This document shows, one piece after another, positions 1-9,024 of a stretch of 64,000 nucleotides of DNA (positions are counted from its first letter, which is position 1; the number at the start of each line of letters is the position of its first letter). The DNA comes from a virus: IMG/VR virus record IMGVR_UViG_3300031653_000001, positions 4,681 through 68,680 of that record, one strand, 5' to 3'. Both the position numbers and the translations under genes were made by a program. The notes beneath the pieces were generated by a model. That model did no database searches. It saw nothing but the letters and a program-made list of their open reading frames with translations, and was not told the DNA's origin.

Positions 1-8
1 GAAAAACA

Positions 9-404
9 TTGTTAAATGTCGATGAAGTTAGAAACGATATAGATAAAAATGTTAGAGCTGATTATCATGTAAATGGATATGATTTGGTTTTAGAGTTTAT
101 AAAAAGAGACAGAAAATTTGATACAGTTGTACTAGATCCTCCATTCTCAATTCGCAAGAGCCGAGAAAAATACGAAGGTCGATGGATAGGTAAATTAACA
201 AAATTAAAAAATTTATTACCTAAAATTTTAACAAACAATAGCAGAGTTATTACTTGGGGGTATTCAACAGTAGGAATGTCAAAATCAAGAGGATTTAAAA
301 AAATTGCTATATGTTTAGTATGTCATTCGGGAGACCATAATGATTCTATAGGTTTAGTGGAGCAAAAAATAGAAGAGAGAACACTTTTTGATGTATTAAA
401 ATGA
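9..404 (+). CDS. DNA amino-methyltransferase-like protein (probably 5'-truncated by the window edge)
   Basis: FDTVVLDPPFS resembles catalytic motif IV (DPPY/F) of N6A/N4C methyltransferases. Confidence 0.6.
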   Translation: MLNVDEVRNDIDKNVRADYHVNGYDLVLEFIKRDRKFDTVVLDPPFSIRKSREKYEGRWIGKLTKLKNLLPKILTNNSRVITWGYSTVGMSKSRGFKKIAICLVCHSGDHNDSIGLVEQKIEERTLFDVLK

Positions 405-454
405 TAACAAAAGAACAAATAGTAAAATTACAAAAGGAGAAAAAATGAGGAAGA

Positions 455-586
455 ATGTTATATAAAATAGCTTATTTCATAATGATTGTAAGTTTTTTGT
501 ATTTGGGTTTATCAGCATCGAGTATGAAGCAAAAACTGATAGGGATTGTTTTGGCAATAGCAAATGCTTTAATATTTTGGAAATGA
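455..586 (+). CDS. Small two-TM membrane protein (43 aa, not in ORF track)
   Basis: Manual translation MLYKIAYFIMIVSFLYLGLSASSMKQKLIGIVLAIANALIFWK; GAGG just upstream. Confidence 0.5.
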   Translation: MLYKIAYFIMIVSFLYLGLSASSMKQKLIGIVLAIANALIFWK

Positions 587-641
587 AATATCTTGGTTGG
601 TTCTCTTGTGGAGTAGACCCCAAACCAAAGGAGGAGAAGAA

Positions 642-950
642 ATGAAAGTTATAGCGATAATTGACAAAGAAGATTATGGTTCAAGTAAAGTTTTAGTGGA
701 AACTACGAAAAGTGAGTTAGAGAATATTAGAGGCAACTGGATTTACAGTTCCAGACCCTACGGTAATAGCAAAGAGATAAAAGTGGGAAGTCTTATCAAT
801 GTTAGTAATATTTATGATAATGCGAGAAAAATAATTGATTATTATGACAATTTTAAGAAGATAATTGAAGAATTTGGTAATAAAGCAAAGTTCTTAAAGA
901 AAATTTTGGATGCAAGAGATGGGACTTTAAAAAGGGGAGTAGATGATTAA
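642..950 (+). CDS. Hypothetical phage protein
   Basis: AAAGGAGGAG RBS before ATG at 642, in frame with the tracked ORF. Confidence 0.6.
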   Translation: MKVIAIIDKEDYGSSKVLVETTKSELENIRGNWIYSSRPYGNSKEIKVGSLINVSNIYDNARKIIDYYDNFKKIIEEFGNKAKFLKKILDARDGTLKRGVDD

Positions 951-989
951 TGATATAGATTTATCCAACCTACCGTTGGGAGAGGAGGA

Positions 990-1310
990 GTGATGAAACC
1001 AAAGTCAATATTACCGAAAAAAGATAAACAAAGCATCAATCCAAATGATTGGGATACATATGAAGCAATGGCTGAAGGTTATAACCAAGCCATATCCGAT
1101 TGTGAACAAGCCCTCAAGAAAGCAGTAGATGAGGCGTGTGATGAGAAGAGGTTAGCCAATATAATGATTATCCAAAAAAACAATAAATATGTTCAAGGAG
1201 ATGAATACGAAAAACAACAAATAGTAGGAGAGTATAAACAATTTATTTATGATTCAGTAAAAACTATTGCCCAACACATAAGAGGGTGTTTTTATAAGGA
1301 GGTATTATGA
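990..1310 (+). CDS. Hypothetical phage protein
   Basis: GAGGAGG RBS; GYNQAI segment common in small phage early proteins. Confidence 0.55.
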   Translation: MMKPKSILPKKDKQSINPNDWDTYEAMAEGYNQAISDCEQALKKAVDEACDEKRLANIMIIQKNNKYVQGDEYEKQQIVGEYKQFIYDSVKTIAQHIRGCFYKEVL

Positions 1311-1849
1311 AAAAATACAAATTAACAAAAGAAAAGAGAACCATTCTCGGAAGAACAGCCTATCGGATTCAAGCACTACGTGATTTTTCCAACGTCAAAA
1401 AGGGAGATTTGGGGGGATTTGTAGAAAGCGAAGATAATTTAAGTCATGATGGCGACTGCTGGCTATACGGTGACGCCGCTAACATCGAGAACAGCAGAAG
1501 AGGAGAAAATGCCTGTGGATACGATTCTGTTATATCTTTTGGCAACTCTCGACAATCTGGCGACTCTTGGCAATCTGGCAACTCTCAGCAATTTGACAAC
1601 TCTCAACAATCCGGTTACTCTCTGCAATGTGACAACTCTCGACAATCTGGCGACTCTCAGCAATTTGGTCACTCTCTGCAATCTGGCAACTCTTGGCAAT
1701 CCGGTCACTCTTGGCAATTTGGCAACTCTCGGCAATGTGGCAACTCTCGGCAATCCGGTCACTCTCTGCAATTTGGTCACTCTCTGCAATCTGGCAACTC
1801 TCGACAATCCGGTTGCTCTCGACAATCTGGCAACGAAGAAAGTATTTAA
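1307..1849 (+). CDS. Phage hexapeptide-repeat (beta-helix) protein
   Basis: N-terminus YRIQALRDFSNVKKGDLGGFVESEDNLSHDGDCW typical of this phage family, followed by 16 hexapeptide repeats; AAGGAGG RBS. Confidence 0.8.
   Translation: MKKYKLTKEKRTILGRTAYRIQALRDFSNVKKGDLGGFVESEDNLSHDGDCWLYGDAANIENSRRGENACGYDSVISFGNSRQSGDSWQSGNSQQFDNSQQSGYSLQCDNSRQSGDSQQFGHSLQSGNSWQSGHSWQFGNSRQCGNSRQSGHSLQFGHSLQSGNSRQSGCSRQSGNEESI
1541..1828 (+). repeat. 16 x 18-bp imperfect tandem repeat (consensus GGCAACTCTCGRCAATCT)
   Basis: Units read directly; TCT and CAA codons invariant in every unit. Confidence 0.95.
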
Positions 1850-1862
1850 AGAAGGAGGTATA

Positions 1863-2039
1863 ATGAGTTTTATAGAAAGATTATATGGTTTAGACAATGA
1901 GAGAAGTAAAAAGTATGAATGTTCTTGTGTGGACTGTGGTCATAAAGAGAGTTATGATGATCATTGCAAAAATCATCGTTGTAGCAAGTGTGGAGGTCAG
2001 ATGAGAAGGGTCTCACGACCAGGTAGTGGAAAGGAATAA
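1863..2039 (+). CDS. Small Zn-ribbon protein (58 aa)
   Basis: AAGGAGG RBS, ATG at 1863; CSCVDCG...HC...CSKCGGQMRR. Confidence 0.7.
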   Translation: MSFIERLYGLDNERSKKYECSCVDCGHKESYDDHCKNHRCSKCGGQMRRVSRPGSGKE

Positions 2040-2277
2040 TATGGATGATATGAAAAAAATCCGTCTTGAACAAGCTTATTTATATCATATCCTTTCTCCA
2101 TTACTGCGATTACAAGGCATACAAGAAAGAGACAGAGAAGGTAGAGTAAAAGAGTTTGTAGATAAGGAGGTTATTGCCGATAAAATAATTGAAATAATCA
2201 ACGAACATGGAGAAGTATCAATAGAACAATTGGAGAGCGAAATGAAAAAAATGGAGGTTGATAAGAATGAAACTTGA
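2026..2277 (+). CDS. Hypothetical protein
   Basis: ORF tightly packed with neighbours. Confidence 0.5.
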   Translation: MERNNMDDMKKIRLEQAYLYHILSPLLRLQGIQERDREGRVKEFVDKEVIADKIIEIINEHGEVSIEQLESEMKKMEVDKNET

Positions 2278-2476
2278 TCTTAAACGTTCAGAGATTGCCC
2301 TGAAACGGATGAAGTATATAGTAGATAAACTATTAAAATTTTCCACAAAAAATCGGTTTTACAAAAAAGTGCTTATAGAAGCAACGCTTTTAGCGATACA
2401 GACAGAAGATAAAATTAGGTTTTTAAAAACAGAGCTTTTTAGGGAGGCACATTCAGAAACAGAAGGAGGAGAATAA
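2258..2476 (+). CDS. Hypothetical protein
   Basis: GGAGG RBS; overlaps upstream ORF. Confidence 0.5.
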   Translation: MIRMKLDLKRSEIALKRMKYIVDKLLKFSTKNRFYKKVLIEATLLAIQTEDKIRFLKTELFREAHSETEGGE

Positions 2477-2477
2477 A

Positions 2478-2807
2478 ATGGAAAAAATAAAAATTGCAAA
2501 AATATATCATAATGATAAGAATAAAGATGGGAAACCATATGTTAGTAAGGAGGGAAAATCTTATAGTGTTTGTAATATTTATACTGAGGATGGAAGGTGG
2601 GTTAGTGGTTTTGACAACCAAACAACTAAATCTTGGGCTGTAGGAGATACTGTTGAGGTAGATATTACTAAAAAAGGTGATTTTAACAATTTTAAACTAC
2701 CAGCAAAAACAGTAGGTGGAGAAGAATTAAAAAAATTAGAAGATAGAATAGAAACATTAGAAATACAAATAGAAATGATATATAAAAGGATTGATGAAAT
2801 AAGTTAA
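2478..2807 (+). CDS. Hypothetical OB-fold-like protein (possible ssDNA-binding) with C-terminal coiled coil
   Basis: AAGGAGG RBS; beta-rich segment WAVGDTVEVDITKKGDF. Confidence 0.4.
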   Translation: MEKIKIAKIYHNDKNKDGKPYVSKEGKSYSVCNIYTEDGRWVSGFDNQTTKSWAVGDTVEVDITKKGDFNNFKLPAKTVGGEELKKLEDRIETLEIQIEMIYKRIDEIS

Positions 2808-4024
2808 TGCAACCAATAGAGCTTATTACAAAACGATTTTTGCTAAATGGCGAGATTTTACGATCTCGCTTTTTTTCTATACCAAAGAATCAAACAATTT
2901 TAGTTTTTGCAGATATTATTGATAACACATTATTCAAACAATTAATGTGTTTTTTATCACAAAAATTGAATGTTATTTTGCTGACATTAGAAAAATCATC
3001 TTTTCAGCACAAAAATCTTTTTACAATAACAGTCTCGCCTATATGGTATATTCATACTTTGTTTAAAGATCCATTGCATTTTCATTTTGTATATGCGTAT
3101 GGTGTTTTGGCAAAAAGGTTAGCTGTTGCTTTTAGCCAATTTACATTATACAAGATAGAGATTGTTAAAAATATAAGTCATTTAAAGGATATAATATCAA
3201 AACAAGAAAATAAAATTCTAATTCAAAATTTCGATGGTACAGGGGATTGTTTAATGATGTTACCAGTTTTAAAAAAATTGTATCAGCAAGGGTATAAGAT
3301 TGATGTTGCTGGAGCCCCAGAAAGAAAAGGAGTTTTTGATAATTTGAGTTATATAAATTCTTTTTCATCTCAAAGAAAAGGAATAAATTTATCATATTAT
3401 AAAAAGTTCCAAGATATTTCTGGAAAATATTGTGATTATAGTAGTTTAAAAAATCATAAGCATAGAATTGATATAATATCGGATTTACTAGATGCAGGAA
3501 AAGTAGAACACGATATTGATATTTTTCTTACTGAAAAAGAAATAGAGCAAGCAAGAAAAGTTACAAAAGATTTGCATAGGAGAAAACTTCTGGTTGCCTT
3601 TGAGAGCAATGAGCAAAATAGGAGTTACAGTTATGATATGGCTATAAAATTAATTTCGCAAATAAAAAATTTTGATTTAATTTTTGTGGGTAAAGCTCGC
3701 AAAGATTATCCTTGTAAAAATTTAACAGGAAAAACCAAAAATATACGAGAAGTGTTTGCCTTTGTTTATGTGAGTGATGTGGTGCTAACAGTCGATACTT
3801 CTATATTGCATATAGCAAGAGCTTTTAATAAACCTACAGTTTTGTTACCTGGGGTAATAGACTATAATTGGCGCATTTATGAAAATGTTTTTGTAATAAA
3901 ACCAAAAATTTTTTGTTATCCCTGCAATCGGCAAAAACCCGAAAAATCCCCATGTTCATTGAACAAATCCTGTCCTGATTTTATTCCGCAAGACAAAATT
4001 CTAAAAAAACTTTCCCAAATCTGA
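2807..4024 (+). CDS. Glycosyltransferase family 9 (heptosyltransferase-like) with extra N-terminal domain
   Basis: DGTGDCLMMLPVLKKL, NLTGKT, VLTVDTSILHIARAFNKPTVLL, CYPC. Confidence 0.85.
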   Translation: MQPIELITKRFLLNGEILRSRFFSIPKNQTILVFADIIDNTLFKQLMCFLSQKLNVILLTLEKSSFQHKNLFTITVSPIWYIHTLFKDPLHFHFVYAYGVLAKRLAVAFSQFTLYKIEIVKNISHLKDIISKQENKILIQNFDGTGDCLMMLPVLKKLYQQGYKIDVAGAPERKGVFDNLSYINSFSSQRKGINLSYYKKFQDISGKYCDYSSLKNHKHRIDIISDLLDAGKVEHDIDIFLTEKEIEQARKVTKDLHRRKLLVAFESNEQNRSYSYDMAIKLISQIKNFDLIFVGKARKDYPCKNLTGKTKNIREVFAFVYVSDVVLTVDTSILHIARAFNKPTVLLPGVIDYNWRIYENVFVIKPKIFCYPCNRQKPEKSPCSLNKSCPDFIPQDKILKKLSQI

Positions 4025-4053
4025 AACATTTTTAAATCTCATTCGTCTTTAAT
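4022..4053 (+). promoter_or_regulatory. Putative late promoter copy 1, ECF-type TGAAAC-N16-CGTC
   Basis: 32-bp sequence identical to 16561-16592; upstream of tail tube/protease/capsid operon. Confidence 0.75.
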
Positions 4054-4104
4054 GTTGGTAACTTATTTTAATGGGTCGAACTATAAATTGAGGAGGTATT
4101 AGAT

Positions 4105-4494
4105 ATGTCAGCAGACATTAAAGCGAATGTAGGAAAAATAATTGTAGGTACAAAAACCTTTGCATATTGTACTGGAATTGAAGTAAATAGTGATGATAAT
4201 CCTATTAAGGTTTTCGCAGGAGATAGAAAATATCCAGTTTATGTTGGAGCTGGAAATTCAGAAATGACCATTACTATTGACGCCGCAGAATATAAAGCCG
4301 ATGACGCTTATATTTTAGAAACAATCAAGCAGAATCAAATTCCTGTAACTGCTGAGTTACAAACTGGAGAAAGAGGAGGCGGAATTGCGGCAACATCTTA
4401 TGATAATTGTGTAGTTACTAATTATACGGTAACTTCTGCAAATGGGGCTGAGGTTAAAGCGAGAATAATTTTATCAAGACAGGCGGCAAGTTAA
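4105..4494 (+). CDS. Probable major tail (tube) protein
   Basis: 129 aa beta-rich, strong GAGGAGG RBS, first gene of late operon; no other tube candidate in the tail block. Confidence 0.6.
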   Translation: MSADIKANVGKIIVGTKTFAYCTGIEVNSDDNPIKVFAGDRKYPVYVGAGNSEMTITIDAAEYKADDAYILETIKQNQIPVTAELQTGERGGGIAATSYDNCVVTNYTVTSANGAEVKARIILSRQAAS

Positions 4495-4495
4495 T

Positions 4496-5968
4496 ATGTA
4501 TAAAAAAACTTATATTATAAAACAGCCGAAAATTAAGGTTGATAAAGATTTATTGGAAATAGAACATGTTATTAGCTCAAAAAATTTAGATCGTTATGGA
4601 ACCTATATAATCCCTAGTGGGGCTGAGTTAGAAAATTATTTAAGGAATCCAAAAGTTCTTTGGTATCACAATCATGATGAAGCGACAGAGAAAATTCCTA
4701 TTGGTAAAGCAGTTAAATTAACTGTTAATGAAGGTGATGTTATTGCAACTACAAGATTTAATCCCAATGACCCCTTTTCAGTAAAAATATTTAATGCTTA
4801 TGCGGATGGGTTTTTATCAGCGTGGAGTATAGGGTTTACATCAAAAGATTTTATTCCTGTAACCGAGAAAAATAGAGAAGAACTTAACAAAAAATATAAA
4901 CTTAATATTGATAAAAAAGAATTGGAGAAAAACAATAAACGGTTTATGTGGGGGACGTTTGTTGTGTCAAAATGGGAATTGTTGGAATATTCTGCTGTAC
5001 CAGTTGGAGCAAATCAGGATGCTCTAGTAGCAACAGAGGAAGAGATGGAAGCAATGCTTACAAGAGGTTTAATTAACGATAAAAAAGACGCAAAAGAATT
5101 TTGTGATTTTGTTTCTTGCCAAAAATCTCTTTTTACTAAAGAGGATTTAGAAGAGAAAAAAGATCAAGAAGATGAGAAAGTATATAAGTATATATATACT
5201 TGTCCAGAATGTGGAGCAGAAAAAGAGAGTGATAATGAACTTTTGTTATGTGAAAAATGTAATATTTCTATGAGGGCTAAATGGACTACTAAATATAAAA
5301 ATTCTTTGCCTGACAGCGCATTTGCTGTTATAGAACCAGACTACAAGAGCGGCAAAACAAAAGATAAAAATGCCCGCCATTTGCCACATCACGATGGTAG
5401 TGGAGATTTGGGCAAAGCAGTTAGTAACGCAAATATAGATATGTCTCATTATAAAAATGCAAGAGCAAGAGCAAATCAAATAAAACCTATAACTGATAGT
5501 ATTACTACAGAGAAATTAAGAGAAAAAGCAACTGCTCATTTAGAGAGACATCATAAACAATTATTAAAGGAGGGAAAAGTGAAAAAAAGCGCAGAAGAGT
5601 TAGAGAAAGAAAAAAAGGCCGAAGAGGAAAGAATAAAAGCAGAAAAGGCTGAGTCTAATAAAAATGATTTAACTGAGAGAATTGTAAAGATAGAAGAGTC
5701 TGTTAGTGCAGTATCTGTTGAGAATAAAAAGAATATCGAGGAAGCCTCAACAGTAACTCTTTCGTTATCAGAGAGATTGGATAAAATAGAAAAGGTTATG
5801 TCTGAGTCAAAAACAGCAGAGGAAGTAGTAGAATTGAAAAAGACTGTAGAGGATTTAAAAACAGCATTAGAATCTATTGCTAAACATTTATCAGTAGATA
5901 GTATTGAAGGTTTAAGAAAACTAGAAGAGAATGGCGGGGAGTCATTTTTGGAAGGATTATATAAATAA
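4496..5968 (+). CDS. HK97-family prohead protease fused to Zn ribbon, LPDSAFA (DUF6582-like) domain and coiled-coil scaffold
   Basis: LDRYGT, NPKVLWYHNH, PIGK, WSIGF, LLEYSAVPVGANQDA. Confidence 0.9.
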   Translation: MYKKTYIIKQPKIKVDKDLLEIEHVISSKNLDRYGTYIIPSGAELENYLRNPKVLWYHNHDEATEKIPIGKAVKLTVNEGDVIATTRFNPNDPFSVKIFNAYADGFLSAWSIGFTSKDFIPVTEKNREELNKKYKLNIDKKELEKNNKRFMWGTFVVSKWELLEYSAVPVGANQDALVATEEEMEAMLTRGLINDKKDAKEFCDFVSCQKSLFTKEDLEEKKDQEDEKVYKYIYTCPECGAEKESDNELLLCEKCNISMRAKWTTKYKNSLPDSAFAVIEPDYKSGKTKDKNARHLPHHDGSGDLGKAVSNANIDMSHYKNARARANQIKPITDSITTEKLREKATAHLERHHKQLLKEGKVKKSAEELEKEKKAEEERIKAEKAESNKNDLTERIVKIEESVSAVSVENKKNIEEASTVTLSLSERLDKIEKVMSESKTAEEVVELKKTVEDLKTALESIAKHLSVDSIEGLRKLEENGGESFLEGLYK

Positions 5969-6001
5969 TGTTTTCATAAATATTTAGGGGGTGTTTTTAT
6001 T

Positions 6002-6937
6002 ATGGATTTTAAAGTCCCAGACAATGGAGGTAGTTATCTACCAAAAGAAATAGCCAAGCAGGTTGTAGATTTAGCGGTTGAAAAAGCGTTAGTTCTAAAA
6101 CTTATTAATGCTAATGGTGGAATGGTTGATGTATTGAATGAGAAATCAGTCCCTGTATCAGGAGCGGCTGATGATGATAAGATGTATTACATAGAAGCTA
6201 CATCTGATGTAACTACTTTAACTGAAAATAGTGTTACTTTAAAGAGTGTCTTAGTAGCTCCTAAAGAGTTAGGTGGATGGTTCTTTTTAAGTGATAAAGA
6301 TATTCGGCGCTACAAAGCGTTGGGTTCATTAGAGGATTTTATAAAAGGAAAAATGTCTAAGTCATTAGGAAGAACACTACAAAAGGTTGCACTAGTTGGA
6401 GATACTACAGCTACTGGTACAAGTGCTCTTCAGATAGCCAATGGTATTTATACCATAGCGGCTGATAGTTCACTTTGCTCTCTTAGTCCTGTTACTTTTA
6501 CTACAGAGACTACACAGGGTATTGTTAACGCAGTTATAGATGCAAAAGAGGATTTAGGGGCTTATGCTGAGAATAATGACAATTTGGTTATTTTAGCAGG
6601 GTCTACATTTTATTCTAACTCCAAGAAAAATGCATCTACATTGATTATTGGTTTTGATCTTAATGATTATCCTGTATTAGGTCTTAAAAGGATTCCTTTT
6701 ATTGATGGAACTCCTGTAATTCAGAGAACGGATATTTCTGCCAAGAACGCAGTTCTTTGTGATATTAGAGGGGCTAAAGTAGGTTATGAACAGGCTATTA
6801 AGATTGAGCCTGAAAGAAAAGCCGGAAAAAGAGGATATAACAACATAATCACTGTAAATGCTGATTTTGCTTGGGCATATCTGAACTCCAGCAATAAGAA
6901 TGAAGGTCTTGTTCTTATACAGGACAACGCAAGCTAA
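6002..6937 (+). CDS. Major capsid protein (HK97 fold)
   Basis: GGSYLPKEIAKQVVD, PKELGGWFFLS, ALVGD...NGI; follows protease; followed by terminator. Confidence 0.85.
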   Translation: MDFKVPDNGGSYLPKEIAKQVVDLAVEKALVLKLINANGGMVDVLNEKSVPVSGAADDDKMYYIEATSDVTTLTENSVTLKSVLVAPKELGGWFFLSDKDIRRYKALGSLEDFIKGKMSKSLGRTLQKVALVGDTTATGTSALQIANGIYTIAADSSLCSLSPVTFTTETTQGIVNAVIDAKEDLGAYAENNDNLVILAGSTFYSNSKKNASTLIIGFDLNDYPVLGLKRIPFIDGTPVIQRTDISAKNAVLCDIRGAKVGYEQAIKIEPERKAGKRGYNNIITVNADFAWAYLNSSNKNEGLVLIQDNAS

Positions 6938-6959
6938 TTTGAAAATAATTTATTTAATG

Positions 6960-6990
6960 GGGGCTGAACAATTTAACTTTCAGCCCCTTT
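6960..6990 (+). terminator. Rho-independent terminator after capsid gene
   Basis: GGGGCTGAA-10 nt loop-TTCAGCCCC followed by a short T tract (TTTCTCTT). Confidence 0.8.
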
Positions 6991-7014
6991 CTCTTCAAAA
7001 AAATTGAAAAGTCA

Positions 7015-9024
7015 ATGTTGATAAAATTAATAGCAGAAAACAAAATATATTCATACTCCCCATATTATAAAAAATTAATACCTCAAAAAAGTAAATATTC
7101 TTTTGCCCCAGAAGGGGATTTTTTAATTTTATTTTTTATGGAGCATGTTACCTCTAGAGATTCACAACCAAAAATAGTAGAAGAAGCAATAAAAAATAAT
7201 ATAGGAATTGTATATGTTTGTGATGAACTACCAAAAAATAATATTATATCACCAAACATTTTATATATAGAAACAGGATGGAAATGGTTTGTTCATTTAT
7301 TGATACAAAATACTGTAGATTTTCGTGGAGTATATGCCAACAAAAAAGCAGAATGGCTTAAAAAAAGATTTATAACAACAAATCCTTATAAAGTACCAGA
7401 TATTAAAGATTTAGTAGATATACAAAACACAGCAAAAATGCAAGAAAGAGCTAACAACCATATTTTAATAAATATAGATGGCGGGATAGGTGATAATCTA
7501 CTTACGATACCGAGTATAAAAACATTGGTTCATAAAGGAAAAAAGATTTCTTTAATAACAAAATATCCAAAATTATTTAATAACTTAAACTATATAGGAA
7601 AAATCTATACACTAAAAGAGGAAATTAATATAGCAAACATAGATAAAATAATATATTTAGATTTTGGTTCATTTATGTCTAATTATACTAATGATATAAA
7701 TAAACAAAATCGTATTTTTACAATCGCCAATATTTGTGGATTATCACAAGATGAATTAGTGATAAAAAAACCAGAGATTATTTTATCAGATAAAGAAAAA
7801 AATATGTTTAATGAATACGAAGCATTTTTAGGTGTTACAGCAGATAGAAAATGGTCTGAACTACCACAAATTTTGGCACAAAAAATAATAGATAATAATC
7901 CTAAAATAAGATGGGTAACATCATCTTTAAAAAAATTGGAATTAAAAAATATACAAATATATAATGATATTAATATAAGAGAATTATTTGCTTTAATGTA
8001 TAAATGTAAATATTATGTGGGTGTAGATACATCTTTTTTACATATCGCAGGAGCAATGGATAAAAAGATTATTTTGTTTCCGAGTGTTATACCACCAGAA
8101 TGGAGAATGTCAACATATAAAAATGTTAAACTTTTAGAGCCTAAAGTTCCTTGTTATTGTTGCGTAAACAAAAGCTTTGTAGTACCAGAAAAAAGACTAT
8201 GCGAAAAAACCGGCAGATTAGAGTGTTTTTATAGTATTGATTATGATAAGGTTTTTGATGCCCAAAAAGAGACTCAGAGCGTTGTAGGGGATAGTGAGAT
8301 GAAGATTGCGATAATTATACCAACTGCGTGGAAGTCTCCTTGTTTGCACAATTTGTTAGAAGAGATATATAGTTCAATTAATAATGTAGATATTTTCTTA
8401 ACAGCAAATATAGAAAAAGAGAAACTACAAACATATATTAATTCATCTGTTTCATATACTTTTATGAAACACAATTATGCTGAGTTTAATTATTCAGCCC
8501 TTATGAATTGGGTTATAAAAAAAATAAATCATAAAAAGTATGATTATATTTTATTGCTAAATGATGACATTGTGCCAAAAACAAAAAATTGGATTGACAT
8601 CTATATAGATGAAATTAAAAAGACAAAAGCAAATATTTTGGGCGTGAAACTTTTATTTCCTGGAACAAATATTATTCAGCATTTTGGTGTAGTATTTCCT
8701 CCAAACTCAAATATAAATCCATATCATTTTAAAGAACACCATATGGATGGTATTGAGTTTCAAGGAGTAAGAGAATTTAGGGCGGTTACATTTGCTTGTG
8801 CTATGCTGAAATCGTCTTTGTTTGATAAATATTGGTTTGACGAAAATCTAAAAGCGGAACTTCAAGATGTGGATTATTGTTTGCAAGCAAGAAAATGTTT
8901 TGTTACTTCAAATGTGGTGTTAGAACATTATGAATCTTATAGTAGGAAAAAAATGGGATATTCAGGTACACAACCTAACGACAGAGCATATTGGCAAATA
9001 AAATGGGGCAACAAAAAAATATGA
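7015..9024 (+). CDS. Bifunctional GT9-GT2 glycosyltransferase
   Basis: GGIGDNLLTIPSIK and GVDTSFLHIAGA (GT9); IIIPT, FNYSALMN, LLLNDD, AVTFAC, QDVDYCL, HYES (GT2). Confidence 0.85.
   Translation: MLIKLIAENKIYSYSPYYKKLIPQKSKYSFAPEGDFLILFFMEHVTSRDSQPKIVEEAIKNNIGIVYVCDELPKNNIISPNILYIETGWKWFVHLLIQNTVDFRGVYANKKAEWLKKRFITTNPYKVPDIKDLVDIQNTAKMQERANNHILINIDGGIGDNLLTIPSIKTLVHKGKKISLITKYPKLFNNLNYIGKIYTLKEEINIANIDKIIYLDFGSFMSNYTNDINKQNRIFTIANICGLSQDELVIKKPEIILSDKEKNMFNEYEAFLGVTADRKWSELPQILAQKIIDNNPKIRWVTSSLKKLELKNIQIYNDINIRELFALMYKCKYYVGVDTSFLHIAGAMDKKIILFPSVIPPEWRMSTYKNVKLLEPKVPCYCCVNKSFVVPEKRLCEKTGRLECFYSIDYDKVFDAQKETQSVVGDSEMKIAIIIPTAWKSPCLHNLLEEIYSSINNVDIFLTANIEKEKLQTYINSSVSYTFMKHNYAEFNYSALMNWVIKKINHKKYDYILLLNDDIVPKTKNWIDIYIDEIKKTKANILGVKLLFPGTNIIQHFGVVFPPNSNINPYHFKEHHMDGIEFQGVREFRAVTFACAMLKSSLFDKYWFDENLKAELQDVDYCLQARKCFVTSNVVLEHYESYSRKKMGYSGTQPNDRAYWQIKWGNKKI

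Noticed and set aside
1541-1828. Possible CRISPR array or DGR variable region
   Set aside because: Units are contiguous with no spacers, variation is not adenine-specific, and no reverse transcriptase or cas operon is present
1463-1897. 144-aa antisense ORF with RVARLP repeats
   Set aside because: Mirror of the 18-bp repeat, no RBS, opposite to the local gene direction
4022-4053. Archaeal BRE-TATA reading of GAAACATTTTTAAAT and an archaeal-virus assignment (PolB, RFC, Hjc)
   Set aside because: DnaN, RecA, RuvC, a sigma-like gene, TATAAT promoters and the exact ECF spacing favour a bacterial host
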